Positions 1 through 9,384 of a stretch of DNA of 54,155 bases are shown here, piece after piece (within the stretch, counting starts at the first letter, position 1; each line of letters begins with the position of its first letter). Source of the DNA: a virus (taxonomy: Duplodnaviria; Caudoviricetes); IMG/VR virus record IMGVR_UViG_3300009502_001060, positions 1 through 54,155 of that record; one strand, 5' to 3'. A model generated the notes under the pieces. It did not search any database. It had not been told where the DNA came from and saw nothing but the letters and a program-made list of their open reading frames with translations. The position numbers and the translations under genes are program-made.

Positions 1-297
1 AAAGAAATGGATTACTTCTATCTTGATGACGTGTTCACTGTAATGGATTACATCATCCGAGAACATCCTGTGCCTCGGGACATCAATTTAGTGTATGATA
101 TAAAAACAACTCTTATGGATATTGTGAGTTTAATACACCATTGCGTTGGAAAATTTGGTCCCCCAGTTAATCTGGCTCATTTAGGTATGAGTGAACCTTA
201 TACTGGTTCACATGAACTTCTATATCAATTGCCCATCGCTAAAAGTTTCATTGGATTAGAAGAAGGTATTCGTCGCACTGTCCAAAAATTGACATGA
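1..297 (+). CDS. NAD-dependent epimerase/dehydratase, C-terminal part (gene starts left of the window)
   Basis: The frame is open from base 1. DYFYLDD...INLV...LEEGIRRTV matches the extended-SDR C-terminus and parallels the next gene. Confidence 0.65.
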   Translation, partial: KEMDYFYLDDVFTVMDYIIREHPVPRDINLVYDIKTTLMDIVSLIHHCVGKFGPPVNLAHLGMSEPYTGSHELLYQLPIAKSFIGLEEGIRRTVQKLT

Positions 298-1193
298 AAC
301 GAATATTCATAACTGGGATAAACGGGTTTTTAGGAAGAAACATTGCAACCCAAATACTCTCCGAAGGAAATATTATTTTCGGAACGTCTCAACATACTTC
401 TAATATAAAGGAATTGCTGCCTAAGATTGAATTCCACGAGTGCGGTATGGAGAATATTTCGGCCATCAAATCCAGTATCATAAGATTTGCTCCAGATATA
501 GTTATACATTGTGCGTGGTGGGGAGGAAATAACTACGTAGACACAAATAATTCTGATCAATTCCACAGGAATCTTCCAGGTATAGCATGTCTAATGGATA
601 TTATATCCGAAACTAAAAAGAATATTCATTTTATTGGATTTGGAACTGCTGCCGAATATGGATTACAAGAAAATCGTTCGTATGAAACTGACCCCGAATT
701 GCCTACCAGTTTATATGGTACATCCAAATTAATGGCAAAAATATATTCGGAAAAATTCTGTAAATTAAATAGTATATCGTGGACTTGGGTTCGACCATTT
801 TATATTTATGGCCCTGGCGATGTAGCTACACGCCTTATTCCACGAACCATTGTTGCATGTATTAACGGAGAAGAATTGCATCTAAACTCATGTGACTCAG
901 TAACAGATTACTTATACGTTAGTGATTTCGTTTCTGCTATATGTTTACTCGTTAATAAAAGAGCCGAAGGAATTTATAATCTTTGTTCAGGCAACAAATA
1001 TATTATCCGAAACATAATAGAAATTATCGGAAGTTTAACGGGAAATAAATCCAATATTCAATTTGACTCCACATTGGACCGTAAAGACTTTCCAAAAATA
1101 ATTTGCGGAAACAACTCCAAAATTAAGAAGCTAGGATGGGAACCAACAGTAACCCTACAAGAAGGAATTAAAAATCTTATATGGAAAAAATAA
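294..1193 (+). CDS. NAD-dependent epimerase/dehydratase (extended SDR, nucleotide-sugar enzyme)
   Basis: N-terminal ITGINGFLG Rossmann motif, YGTSK (YxxxK), RPFYIYGP, DYLYVSD. Confidence 0.92.
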   Translation: MKRIFITGINGFLGRNIATQILSEGNIIFGTSQHTSNIKELLPKIEFHECGMENISAIKSSIIRFAPDIVIHCAWWGGNNYVDTNNSDQFHRNLPGIACLMDIISETKKNIHFIGFGTAAEYGLQENRSYETDPELPTSLYGTSKLMAKIYSEKFCKLNSISWTWVRPFYIYGPGDVATRLIPRTIVACINGEELHLNSCDSVTDYLYVSDFVSAICLLVNKRAEGIYNLCSGNKYIIRNIIEIIGSLTGNKSNIQFDSTLDRKDFPKIICGNNSKIKKLGWEPTVTLQEGIKNLIWKK

Positions 1194-2077
1194 CATTTTG
1201 TATAAACACTGCTTGTAATGAGAGACCATATCTTGAATTATTGTTGGCATCTTTATATAACGCCATTGACGTTAAGCTTCACGACATAATTATATTTGCC
1301 GATTCGGATAATCAAAACAGCGCCGAAATGGCATCTGACCAGAAAGAACTTTTTCCGAATCTAACGGTTATAAAAAATAACGGGTCTCCCATTTTTAATG
1401 GGCCTGGAATCAACTACATGTTTTCCAAAGCTAAAACCGCAATAGTCGCCTCTCTCCAAAGTGATATGGTAATGGGATTAAATTATGACAAGGCGATATT
1501 ATCCCATCTGACTGAAAACATGATTTTATCATCTACTCGTATAGAACCCCCGCTTCATGCTCTTTGTGATAATAATATAACCTATGTTAAAAACATGGGA
1601 CTTTTTCCCGAGGAATTTAATTATAATGATTTTATAAACTTTTCCGAATCTATAAAAAACCGAGACAAATTAACAAATCATTACTTTTCGCCATTCTGTT
1701 GTTATAAAAAGACATGGGATATCATTGGCGGACATGATATTCGATTTCAAAAGTCTCGGGAAGATAGTGATTTAGCCATGCGATGCTGTCTAAACAAGTA
1801 TCAATTAATCCAATGCTGGGATGCTATAGTTTATCATTTTACTTGTACCTCAAGTAGAGGACGCAATTGGTGGAAAGCGGAGAATAAAGAAAAAGATATT
1901 ATTCGACAACAAAATGATGCCATCGAAATGAATAAACTCATGGAAAAATGGCATACTTTTCTTCATCCTACTACATATGAAGATGTCGAATCACTCGCCC
2001 ATCAATACCCCGACATCCTCAAGAAAATTATAGTCACAAACCCGCCAATTGATGAGACAAAATTGACCATTATATGA
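1181..2077 (+). CDS. Glycosyltransferase family 2-like protein
   Basis: GT-A-like N-terminus (TFCINTACN...IIIFADSD), QSDMV (DxD-like), GGHD..F...EDSDL, VYHF. Confidence 0.8.
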   Translation: MEKITFCINTACNERPYLELLLASLYNAIDVKLHDIIIFADSDNQNSAEMASDQKELFPNLTVIKNNGSPIFNGPGINYMFSKAKTAIVASLQSDMVMGLNYDKAILSHLTENMILSSTRIEPPLHALCDNNITYVKNMGLFPEEFNYNDFINFSESIKNRDKLTNHYFSPFCCYKKTWDIIGGHDIRFQKSREDSDLAMRCCLNKYQLIQCWDAIVYHFTCTSSRGRNWWKAENKEKDIIRQQNDAIEMNKLMEKWHTFLHPTTYEDVESLAHQYPDILKKIIVTNPPIDETKLTII

Positions 2078-2415
2078 TACTTATGGGTATGGCAACAATA
2101 TGTTTAATATCATTGATTCTTCTATTTTTTTTTAGAACAGATGCCTACCTCGAATACTGCCGACTCTTTCATCTCGACTGTATATCATTCTACAAGGACT
2201 ACGATGAAAAAAAGTATGAGGATGCAACTATCACATATATACAATATCTTCGACGGGAGCACAACTGTTTCTTCGTGAGACTAATAACCTGCCCCATTTG
2301 TTTGGCCGTATGGTTGGCCATACCTGCTGCGGTCGTCACTTCCATATTGCTCTTCCCCATATTTGTTATGGGAGCACTCTTACTATTTACTGCGGTCGAC
2401 AGACTACTAGGATAA
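2074..2415 (+). CDS. Small membrane protein (DUF1360-like CPxCxxxW motif)
   Basis: Hydrophobic N- and C-terminal segments, LITCPICLAVW, ATGA overlap with the upstream gene. Confidence 0.55.
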   Translation: MILMGMATICLISLILLFFFRTDAYLEYCRLFHLDCISFYKDYDEKKYEDATITYIQYLRREHNCFFVRLITCPICLAVWLAIPAAVVTSILLFPIFVMGALLLFTAVDRLLG

Positions 2416-2418
2416 TAT

Positions 2419-2712
2419 ATGGACATTCGCAATGCTACTCAATTTGCCAACTTTGTGAGTAACAAAGGGTTACAGAATTTGGACATGAGTTTCCAGCAAA
2501 TTGTATTTTGTATTAACAATTACAATGCAATGTGCAATTGTCACAAAGCAGAAGAAAAAAAGAAACTATACGATAATTGCACCGTAGTTTATATGAACGC
2601 AGTCCACAATATAATTCCCAAATTCAAAAACGAATTTCTATCCAAAACTGACGACCGTCAAATTCAATTCTACACTGATAATGGCACCCTCATAGGGTTA
2701 GTATGCCGTTAG
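2419..2712 (+). CDS. Hypothetical protein
   Basis: 97-aa ORF tightly packed at the end of the plus-strand operon. Confidence 0.6.
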   Translation: MDIRNATQFANFVSNKGLQNLDMSFQQIVFCINNYNAMCNCHKAEEKKKLYDNCTVVYMNAVHNIIPKFKNEFLSKTDDRQIQFYTDNGTLIGLVCR

Positions 2713-3403
2713 ACTTATGCCTAAAGAACTTGGTAGAATTGAGGGTTTCCAAGACAACCTCCTGAAGGTCCGTTTCTATAGAAGCATCCAATATGCTTAA
2801 CTTTCCCTTTCCTTCCCATTCAATTTTGAAATCGGCCATAGCTTCGATGATTGGATCTTGTTTTGCTTCTTCTTCATTAGGAGCAGAATCATATACCTTC
2901 ATCATTGACAAATCGCTTCCATCTTGTCCACTCTTACGCCATTCACTTCTCCATTTTTTCAAATGAATAACTTGACCACTCCATTTCTTCTGAACCCATT
3001 CAATTTCGTTGGGAAATCTGCAATCACTTATGAGAACAACCATTCGATCAGTTGACACACCACCTCTCTGAGCATCGATAATAATGTTTCGAAGCTGGTT
3101 ATCTACTTCATTGACCCAATACATACCACCTTCGCTTTCATATCGGCGTTGACATCCCCAAAAGACAAAAAGAGGTCGAACGTGTTCTTTTTGTTCTGGC
3201 GTCATGCCGAATATATCCAACTTGAACCCGTTTCTTCGAAGCATTTCCTGAACTTCAGTTTTCAGTTTATTGGCAAATGCCAATTCTATAACAGAATAAT
3301 TGTTTTTGGTCAAAATATTCTTTGCTATTTCCACAAAGGTATTTTTTCCGCAGCGGGCGTACCCCGAAACCCCCAAAACCGTAATGTTATTTGATTTTTG
3401 CAT
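2690..3403 (-). CDS. Deoxynucleoside monophosphate kinase (T4 gp1-like)
   Basis: P-loop GYARCGKNT, LAFANKLK, ISDCRFPNE. Start could be 3403 or 3412. Confidence 0.85.
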   Translation of the reverse strand: MQKSNNITVLGVSGYARCGKNTFVEIAKNILTKNNYSVIELAFANKLKTEVQEMLRRNGFKLDIFGMTPEQKEHVRPLFVFWGCQRRYESEGGMYWVNEVDNQLRNIIIDAQRGGVSTDRMVVLISDCRFPNEIEWVQKKWSGQVIHLKKWRSEWRKSGQDGSDLSMMKVYDSAPNEEEAKQDPIIEAMADFKIEWEGKGKLSILDASIETDLQEVVLETLNSTKFFRHKSNGILTL

Positions 3404-4292
3404 GTTTCTCAAACCTCTCTTTATACTTTTCTACAAACCTTATTTCGCCATTGAGATATTTTTCTTTGAGTAATGATGAGTTTAGTCCTACATCAACAAG
3501 TTTATATTCATAACCCATTCGCCTACAAAACTCTTCCGCCGCAAGTTTTTTGGATACTACCACCTTCGTATTCCACAACTTTTGTGGTTTGACTTCCACT
3601 AACCAATGATTATCCACGAAAAAGTCGGGCTTATATGTTCTATCTACTCCTGCCCAATCTTTGTATGGTATTCTAAACTTTTTCCCCTGAGCACTCTCAC
3701 ATACAACATTATGACCTTCTATCTCATTTATGTAATATTGGAGTTCCCTTAAACTTCTAAAATGAAATCCCTTGTACCAATTCGCCCATCCATTGCCTGC
3801 ACCATTGGGAGTCGGTTTCCCATACATCGGATTATTCTTACCACTCGAAGACAAAGACCACTTCTTTTTGGCGTCTTCCATTCTCCGGTCGGCTATTTCT
3901 TTTCCGTATTTATCTACCCACATTTGATAAAGACTTTTACCCTGTTGAGATGCCTTCGCAATTTTTATAGTTCGGCGAGATTCCGCCAGCGTGTGTCCCG
4001 TCTGTTTTATGCCTTTATGAACAACAGAAATTTTCGACTTGGCTTCCTCGGAATGTTTCTTCCCATAAAAAGGATTTCCACTTCCTCGGAAAAGTTCCTT
4101 ACACTTTTCAGAATTCGATATAGCAATACACCGTTTACAATTTCCACCATTGCGACTTCCATACACCCAATCCCAATATCTCTTGTATGAGATTGGGGCA
4201 TTACACTTCGGACATACCCGTTCCCACTTTTTCGTGGTATCGCTCTTTTGCTCGTTGGTCAATTCGCTCTTTGTTTCTGATATAATACTCAT
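3387..4292 (-). CDS. Putative homing endonuclease: Zn-ribbon + NUMOD3 repeats + TnsA-like PD-(D/E)XK nuclease
   Basis: CPKC..CKRC, NPFYGKKHSEEAKSKIS (NUMOD3), FRSLRE...TYKPDF...LVEVKP. Confidence 0.8.
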   Translation of the reverse strand: MSIISETKSELTNEQKSDTTKKWERVCPKCNAPISYKRYWDWVYGSRNGGNCKRCIAISNSEKCKELFRGSGNPFYGKKHSEEAKSKISVVHKGIKQTGHTLAESRRTIKIAKASQQGKSLYQMWVDKYGKEIADRRMEDAKKKWSLSSSGKNNPMYGKPTPNGAGNGWANWYKGFHFRSLRELQYYINEIEGHNVVCESAQGKKFRIPYKDWAGVDRTYKPDFFVDNHWLVEVKPQKLWNTKVVVSKKLAAEEFCRRMGYEYKLVDVGLNSSLLKEKYLNGEIRFVEKYKERFEKHAKIK

Positions 4293-4356
4293 GGTTCCAC
4301 CTTTGTTTTGCTTGTTGGCGGTCTTTCTTGGTCTTATACATCCTGTATCTTCCCAT
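4201..4356 (-). CDS. Small basic 51-aa protein overlapping the 5' end of the endonuclease ORF (absent from the ORF track)
   Basis: Hand-translated as MGRYRMYKTKKDRQQAKQRWNHEYYIRNKERIDQRAKERYHEKVGTGMSEV*. The ATG lies 3 nt after a TACTTATA motif. Confidence 0.55.
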   Translation of the reverse strand: MGRYRMYKTKKDRQQAKQRWNHEYYIRNKERIDQRAKERYHEKVGTGMSEV

Positions 4357-4405
4357 ACCTATAAGTATTATTCAATACTGAAAAAACTACTGAAAAATAT
4401 TTATT

Positions 4406-4552
4406 TCAACTCCAGTCGGCAGCACATGCTTTATGTTTCGTTCTCCACTTACAAATTGTGAATCCGAATAACCTTGCTCTATACGTTGTTATGGTTATGC
4501 CATCCAAATTAGAACAAGACGCTCGATATACTTTCCATATTTTATTTTTCAT
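4406..4552 (-). CDS. Small hypothetical protein
   Basis: MKNKIWKV... start lies 1 nt after the stop of the upstream gene; this is the 3' part of track ORF 4406..4687. Confidence 0.4.
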   Translation of the reverse strand: MKNKIWKVYRASCSNLDGITITTYRARLFGFTICKWRTKHKACAADWS

Positions 4553-4553
4553 A

Positions 4554-4817
4554 TTATTGTCGTTCATAAACGTTTTCACCGTCTCGGTATAACCTGTCTG
4601 CAAACATATCTTCAAACCGCTTGCCGAACGCTTCTTCCAGTGCAATCTTAGCATTGAGAAGGGCCGTCTGCCTAACCGCCTTGGCATCCGCTATTGCTTC
4701 CTTCAACGTCTCAGACGTGAACCCAGAACTAACGGGCGGTATATTCTGTCGCTCTCGTAAAATGCGTTCATCTCGTGCCCGCATCGCATCCAACATGTTC
4801 TGGTCATACGTCTTCAT
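4554..4817 (-). CDS. Small protein carrying a head-scaffold-like N-terminal motif
   Basis: Contains LKEAIADAKAVRQTALLNAKIALEEAF. The probable start MKTYDQ overlaps the upstream stop. Confidence 0.55.
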   Translation of the reverse strand: MKTYDQNMLDAMRARDERILRERQNIPPVSSGFTSETLKEAIADAKAVRQTALLNAKIALEEAFGKRFEDMFADRLYRDGENVYERQ

Positions 4818-5328
4818 CTTTGCCCTTATCATCGAAGACTTCTTCCATCTCCTTGTCATCCATACCAGTTGCACGGCAAATGGATACAAGTTCGCCTTGA
4901 CCTTCCTCAGTCTTCAAAAGGATGTTGATATAGTCATTGGCTTCAAATTGTGATACTCCGAACCGATTGGCTACAATTTTGAGCAGTTCCTTCTTATGAT
5001 TCATCTTACGGGACTTAATCCACTTGTAGAAGCGAAAGTCTTGTGGAACCAGAGCAATAAGCAATTGGTAAAATTGTGGAGAGGGAATTTTATCAAACAA
5101 TTGATAAAGTTGCGCCATTTCTTCGACAATGGAGGCATCCATCGAGAGCGCACGAACAATCATGTAGTGATTGAATGTTTTGCGATCATCTTCCGATAGA
5201 TTATTATAATAATTCGGATCTTTTACTTGCCGAATTGCTTTAACGTGGTCAAACAGACTTTTTCTCTTCGGCAGCAGCGACTCGCTCTTGCTGCTTTTCA
5301 ACTTTTCGGATTTCTTTTTTGGTGCCAT
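4804..5328 (-). CDS. Clamp loader small subunit (T4 gp62-like)
   Basis: LFDHVKAI...FNHYMIVRALSM...YQLLIALVP..FRFYKWIK pattern typical of gp62 homologues. Confidence 0.7.
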   Translation of the reverse strand: MAPKKKSEKLKSSKSESLLPKRKSLFDHVKAIRQVKDPNYYNNLSEDDRKTFNHYMIVRALSMDASIVEEMAQLYQLFDKIPSPQFYQLLIALVPQDFRFYKWIKSRKMNHKKELLKIVANRFGVSQFEANDYINILLKTEEGQGELVSICRATGMDDKEMEEVFDDKGKDEDV

Positions 5329-5602
5329 AAAATGCCTTTTCCAAATCTCCCTGTAAGGTATCTTGATTCTCTCTCAGAGTCTCACACCACCCGACGATGA
5401 CTGGGATTCTGTCATCCATCTTGTCCACTCGTTCATATAAGACCTTAAGTTGATCATCAAGAGTTTTAAGAGGTTCGTTAAACGCGGTTTGTAAAATATC
5501 AAGTTTCTTATTAAGGGCAACTATCACCTTATACAATGCAAAAAGTGCAGCAGTAACCACAATAATGTAAAGAACCGTTAGTATTGATAGGAATATCGTC
5601 AT
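5249..5602 (-). CDS. Membrane-anchored coiled-coil protein
   Basis: N-terminal hydrophobic helix followed by a heptad-like segment. Confidence 0.55.
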   Translation of the reverse strand: MTIFLSILTVLYIIVVTAALFALYKVIVALNKKLDILQTAFNEPLKTLDDQLKVLYERVDKMDDRIPVIVGWCETLRENQDTLQGDLEKAFYGTKKEIRKVEKQQERVAAAEEKKSV

Positions 5603-5784
5603 ATGTCTGTCTGTATTATATCTGTCTGTATTATATCTGTCTGTATTATGTCTTCCGAAACAGGTAGTTCGTCATTCTCTTTGGATTGCTTCTTAGGTTT
5701 CTTCCACGGCTGATAATCTTTATTAAACACCCGTCCATGCACCTTTGGACGGAACGGTTTATCTCTTCTGAAAGTTCGTCCCAT
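5599..5784 (-). CDS. Small basic hypothetical protein
   Basis: MGRTFRRDK... 61 aa, ATGA-coupled to the next gene. Confidence 0.55.
   Translation of the reverse strand: MGRTFRRDKPFRPKVHGRVFNKDYQPWKKPKKQSKENDELPVSEDIIQTDIIQTDIIQTDI
5606..5650. repeat. 15-bp tandem repeat x3 (encodes DIIQT x3)
   Basis: tctgtctgtattata repeated three times; the last copy ends in g. Confidence 0.9.
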
Positions 5785-5913
5785 TGTTATTATCCTTTAT
5801 ACAAAAATATTGTCTCTCATTGTAAATATCATATCACATACAAAAACATCAAGCAACTTTTTTTAATAGAAAAGATTTTCCATAATAATTTGTTTCACTC
5901 TATTTATAGGCAT

Positions 5914-6225
5914 ATGACATTATCTCTAAATGTAATCAATTCAAACAAAAAAGGAAAAGTTAAAAACCACACGTTTAATATTTTCTGTATTGACGATAGA
6001 ACTTCTATGCTTTATGATGCTAACGATTTGAAAGAACCTATAATATGGGCAACAAAATTAGAAATGAGTAGACAACTAAAACATCTCGATAAAATCATAA
6101 AAAATGGAAAAGAGTCTATGGAAGTGACCGTTTATACTTACAAATGGGGAAACAATGGATGGACATTATTTACAGGAATGCCGTGGATAGGTAAAATATC
6201 AGATATTAATAAAAAACCCATATGA
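5914..6225 (+). CDS. Hypothetical protein
   Basis: 3' part of track ORF 5686..6225. The ATG at 5914 follows TATTTATA (5901-5908) by 5 nt. Confidence 0.6.
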   Translation: MTLSLNVINSNKKGKVKNHTFNIFCIDDRTSMLYDANDLKEPIIWATKLEMSRQLKHLDKIIKNGKESMEVTVYTYKWGNNGWTLFTGMPWIGKISDINKKPI

Positions 6226-6228
6226 ATA

Positions 6229-6414
6229 CTAATGTACCATCACGGTGAAAGAGATAATGTCAAAATTGTCACCATAATCCCCCAACTCAAATTGCAACTC
6301 TATTTCGTCATAATCAAGGCTAACATATATTAATTTCTTCTTAGAAAAATCGAAGATGCCATATATCTGGTATGTTTTAGGATGTAACTTTTTGAGAACT
6401 CGGGGTTTATTCAT
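6229..6414 (-). CDS. Small hypothetical protein
   Basis: 61-aa ORF filling an intergenic space. Confidence 0.5.
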   Translation of the reverse strand: MNKPRVLKKLHPKTYQIYGIFDFSKKKLIYVSLDYDEIELQFELGDYGDNFDIISFTVMVH

Positions 6415-6438
6415 ACGAAATACACGGCATCAAATTAA

Positions 6439-6801
6439 TTAGTTTGCTCCCACGACAACTGGCATATTAACATCCACTGATGTCAGAGAAGAAGGAGTAG
6501 GAGTATTTATGGTCATTACTTGAATTAGTCTATCTGCATTATCCACAAGATTGATGCGTTTAGCTCTTGCCCGTTCCAATGTCAGCTTGGATACAGGAGT
6601 CAACGAAAACACTTTCTGCGGACGACCCGTTTTGCATGGGATAGAGCCAATTTCAACAACTTTTCTTGCCTCTTGCGCCTTACTCAGTCTTACTCGAAGA
6701 GTAATCTCAACGAAATTTGGATTGTGCTCATAGAGTTCTTTGATTGTGAATAACGTGGCCGTTGGCCAAGTCACAACTTGGTTTGTTTTATTTTTCGTCA
6801 T
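6439..6801 (-). CDS. Putative winged-helix DNA-binding protein
   Basis: FTIKEL...ITLRVRLSKA...GRPQKVFSL resembles a wHTH with a GRP wing. It has its own sigma70-like promoter. Confidence 0.55.
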   Translation of the reverse strand: MTKNKTNQVVTWPTATLFTIKELYEHNPNFVEITLRVRLSKAQEARKVVEIGSIPCKTGRPQKVFSLTPVSKLTLERARAKRINLVDNADRLIQVMTINTPTPSSLTSVDVNMPVVVGAN

Positions 6802-6836
6802 ATGATTTTTAACTAGATGTTCTCGGAATTGTAAAC

Positions 6837-6865
6837 ATCATATCATGCCACATATAATATGTCAA
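6837..6865 (-). promoter_or_regulatory. Sigma70-type promoter
   Basis: Minus strand TTGACA-N17-TATGAT with TGn extension. Confidence 0.75.
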
Positions 6866-6868
6866 GAA

Positions 6869-9088
6869 CTATTTATCACTCTTCGTCAAAAAGAGTTCGT
6901 TGAGAGTTTTTGCTAAATCCATTATCTCATCAACTCGAATAAATTTCGCATTTTTACCATACATCTTGCGGAACCACACCATAGTCTGGTCATCCTTCGA
7001 TTTTTTTGTAACATTCACTTTCCCCCGTTCATCTTCGATATAATAACTCAAAATCTCTACCCCAAGGCGACGAATCTTGTCCACCTGGGCTTTGGTGTGC
7101 TCGGCCCCAGTCTCACCACTATAAGACAACCCCACCTTCGTATCAGGGGCAACCATATGGAAACAAGGTTCTCCATCAGACAGGTTAAGAAAGTATCGGT
7201 CCTCTTCGTCGGGGGTAATACCCTCGAATAAACTCATAGTAGCCCCGAAGGCCAATCCTTCGGGAGTGCAACCATTTGGAACGAGATATGGGAAAAGTGA
7301 CCTTATTTTGCTAAACTTATCCAACTTGGAATCATATGCTAATACAATATATGGAAGCGTTGCTCCACTCGTAGATTGTGTTGTTCGAAAAGAGACTGTG
7401 ACATGAATATTGCTAATCATGCTTGCCGCTTTGCAGATAGCTACAACGGCGGTCATAGTCTTATACCATTTTAATCCACTCATTGAGCTACTTGCATCCA
7501 CCGTAATGTGTAAATTAGCACCTGCATGTTCTTCAATGAGGATTTTTTGAAAAATGTCTTCGGCATCGAATGCGGCTTCATGAAGCTGACGCTTATTGAT
7601 TTTCCCCCATTTTTTCCGAAGTTCCTTGAATGGGTTGACTTCCATACGTATTTGAAGTTTCCTACCGAGTTTAGTGCCCAACAGGATACCCTTTTTAACT
7701 GCCTCAGCAACATCTTTAGGGGGTTCTGGGGTGTCTTTACCAATCTGCATAGCCCCTGACATCGGAAACATGTCATTGCCCGACAGGACAAGTTCTTTAC
7801 TCATTTTATGTACCACAACGCAATCTACCTTAAAACATGCATTACTCCCCGCCACTACCATAGGCACATCCACTTGAACTATAATAATACCATGCTTCTC
7901 AATCAGGTCCAGGAGTGCCTTTTGATAATCTGTCACCGCTTCCTTAATAATGTCACCTTGCATAAACCTGCGCTGCTTATCCATGAGAGCATCAATCTCT
8001 CGGGCGTTTTTCTTGTCCGCAGGAACGTCGGAAGTTTGATTGACTGCTTTCTCGTTGTCTTTAAGATTTTCGGGGTGAGGGTCTTTACCAGTGATAATAT
8101 TCGAGATTTCCGTTATCATCTCTGTTCCAACATCCTTGAGTTCTTCGTTGTCTCCATCGCTATCTTTTCCGCCCTTGTTATCGGGCATCTTTTCATCCCC
8201 ATTACTAGCTTTGGAGTCCCCATCCCCGAAATCAAAATAGTCACGTGGGTCGGCTAGTCTTTGCTGCGTTTTATATGACTTAGCACCACCGCCACTAGAT
8301 TCAAGCTTCTCTTGCTTATCTATACAATCCAACACAATTTCCGTTGCCTTGAACGCTGTTTCTATACGATCTCTCGTCGTAGTGAGTCGATCTATATGAC
8401 TTATATCAATGAGTTGAGCTATATCTTCAAGCCGAGGCAAGGCAAGAAGATCAGTATTCTCATTCGTGAAATTCGTAATGCGAAAGTCATAGGACTTAAG
8501 ACTAGGATATCGGCAATCATCGCTTAACAATTTTATATCTATCTCTGGCGAATTCCACATTTCTTCGTACATAGCAACGTAGTAGCCGCGATACCCGGGA
8601 GCTTCATTGAAGACATAGGTATCAATATAACGATCTTCAATTACATTCCACATACCATGCATAAATTTTTCCATTGATGAACGCCGTATGTTTTTAGAAT
8701 CGGACAATTTGTATATCTCCCTTGGCACATTTTGATATGCATGTCTAACTACATCAAAATCTGTCAGAAGAGTATGACCCGCCTCATGGAGAGCAAGCCC
8801 AACAATAACGTCGAAATCCCGCTTGGTGTTTATCTTTGCCGAGATGTAAATTTGCTTTCCCGCATAATTAAAACTGTCAGGCACATTACAGAAATAGACA
8901 GGAATAACACGACGAGTAAGAATACGAACAAAATTAGATACCGCAGAACGAATTGATGCCAGCCTTACCATATCAATGCTAAAAACAAGAGATTTGTTCT
9001 TAGGCCCGTCTTCAATAAAGTTAGAATACCTATCGGTATCTAACCAAAAGTCAATCTCAGCAGGAGATATTTTTTTACCCAAATGCAT
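6869..9088 (-). CDS. vWA-domain protein with N-terminal HExxH domain (CobT/MoxR partner-like)
   Basis: LHEAGH...NVIEDRYID, acidic linker, MIDAS DASSSMS, TPEG, NLSDGEP. Start 9088 chosen from a TAATG overlap (track ORF starts 9145). Confidence 0.85.
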   Translation of the reverse strand: MHLGKKISPAEIDFWLDTDRYSNFIEDGPKNKSLVFSIDMVRLASIRSAVSNFVRILTRRVIPVYFCNVPDSFNYAGKQIYISAKINTKRDFDVIVGLALHEAGHTLLTDFDVVRHAYQNVPREIYKLSDSKNIRRSSMEKFMHGMWNVIEDRYIDTYVFNEAPGYRGYYVAMYEEMWNSPEIDIKLLSDDCRYPSLKSYDFRITNFTNENTDLLALPRLEDIAQLIDISHIDRLTTTRDRIETAFKATEIVLDCIDKQEKLESSGGGAKSYKTQQRLADPRDYFDFGDGDSKASNGDEKMPDNKGGKDSDGDNEELKDVGTEMITEISNIITGKDPHPENLKDNEKAVNQTSDVPADKKNAREIDALMDKQRRFMQGDIIKEAVTDYQKALLDLIEKHGIIIVQVDVPMVVAGSNACFKVDCVVVHKMSKELVLSGNDMFPMSGAMQIGKDTPEPPKDVAEAVKKGILLGTKLGRKLQIRMEVNPFKELRKKWGKINKRQLHEAAFDAEDIFQKILIEEHAGANLHITVDASSSMSGLKWYKTMTAVVAICKAASMISNIHVTVSFRTTQSTSGATLPYIVLAYDSKLDKFSKIRSLFPYLVPNGCTPEGLAFGATMSLFEGITPDEEDRYFLNLSDGEPCFHMVAPDTKVGLSYSGETGAEHTKAQVDKIRRLGVEILSYYIEDERGKVNVTKKSKDDQTMVWFRKMYGKNAKFIRVDEIMDLAKTLNELFLTKSDK

Positions 9089-9384
9089 TATGCCATCACA
9101 GGTTCTTTGGCGAGGTCGATTCCAAATTCTTGTTGGAAACGACAACGAAGGGCATCTGCTTCCGCAGACATGCCCGCCGACAACAATACAAAATAAGTAT
9201 TATAGAAGTGTGACTTCCGCCTACCTTTTTGATGACATTCTAATATAACAGAAACATTCCTTGGCTGTGTGGAATCAAGTTTCTGCATTGCTTGCTTGGC
9301 AGCGTCAAAAAAAGTATCGTGTCCCTTGGAAACCTTAATTATATACTCTTCAGTCTTACCTAAATATCTGACAATAACCTTCAT
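9088..9384 (-). CDS. Hypothetical protein
   Basis: 98 aa, with coupled overlaps to both neighbours. Confidence 0.6.
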   Translation of the reverse strand: MKVIVRYLGKTEEYIIKVSKGHDTFFDAAKQAMQKLDSTQPRNVSVILECHQKGRRKSHFYNTYFVLLSAGMSAEADALRCRFQQEFGIDLAKEPVMA

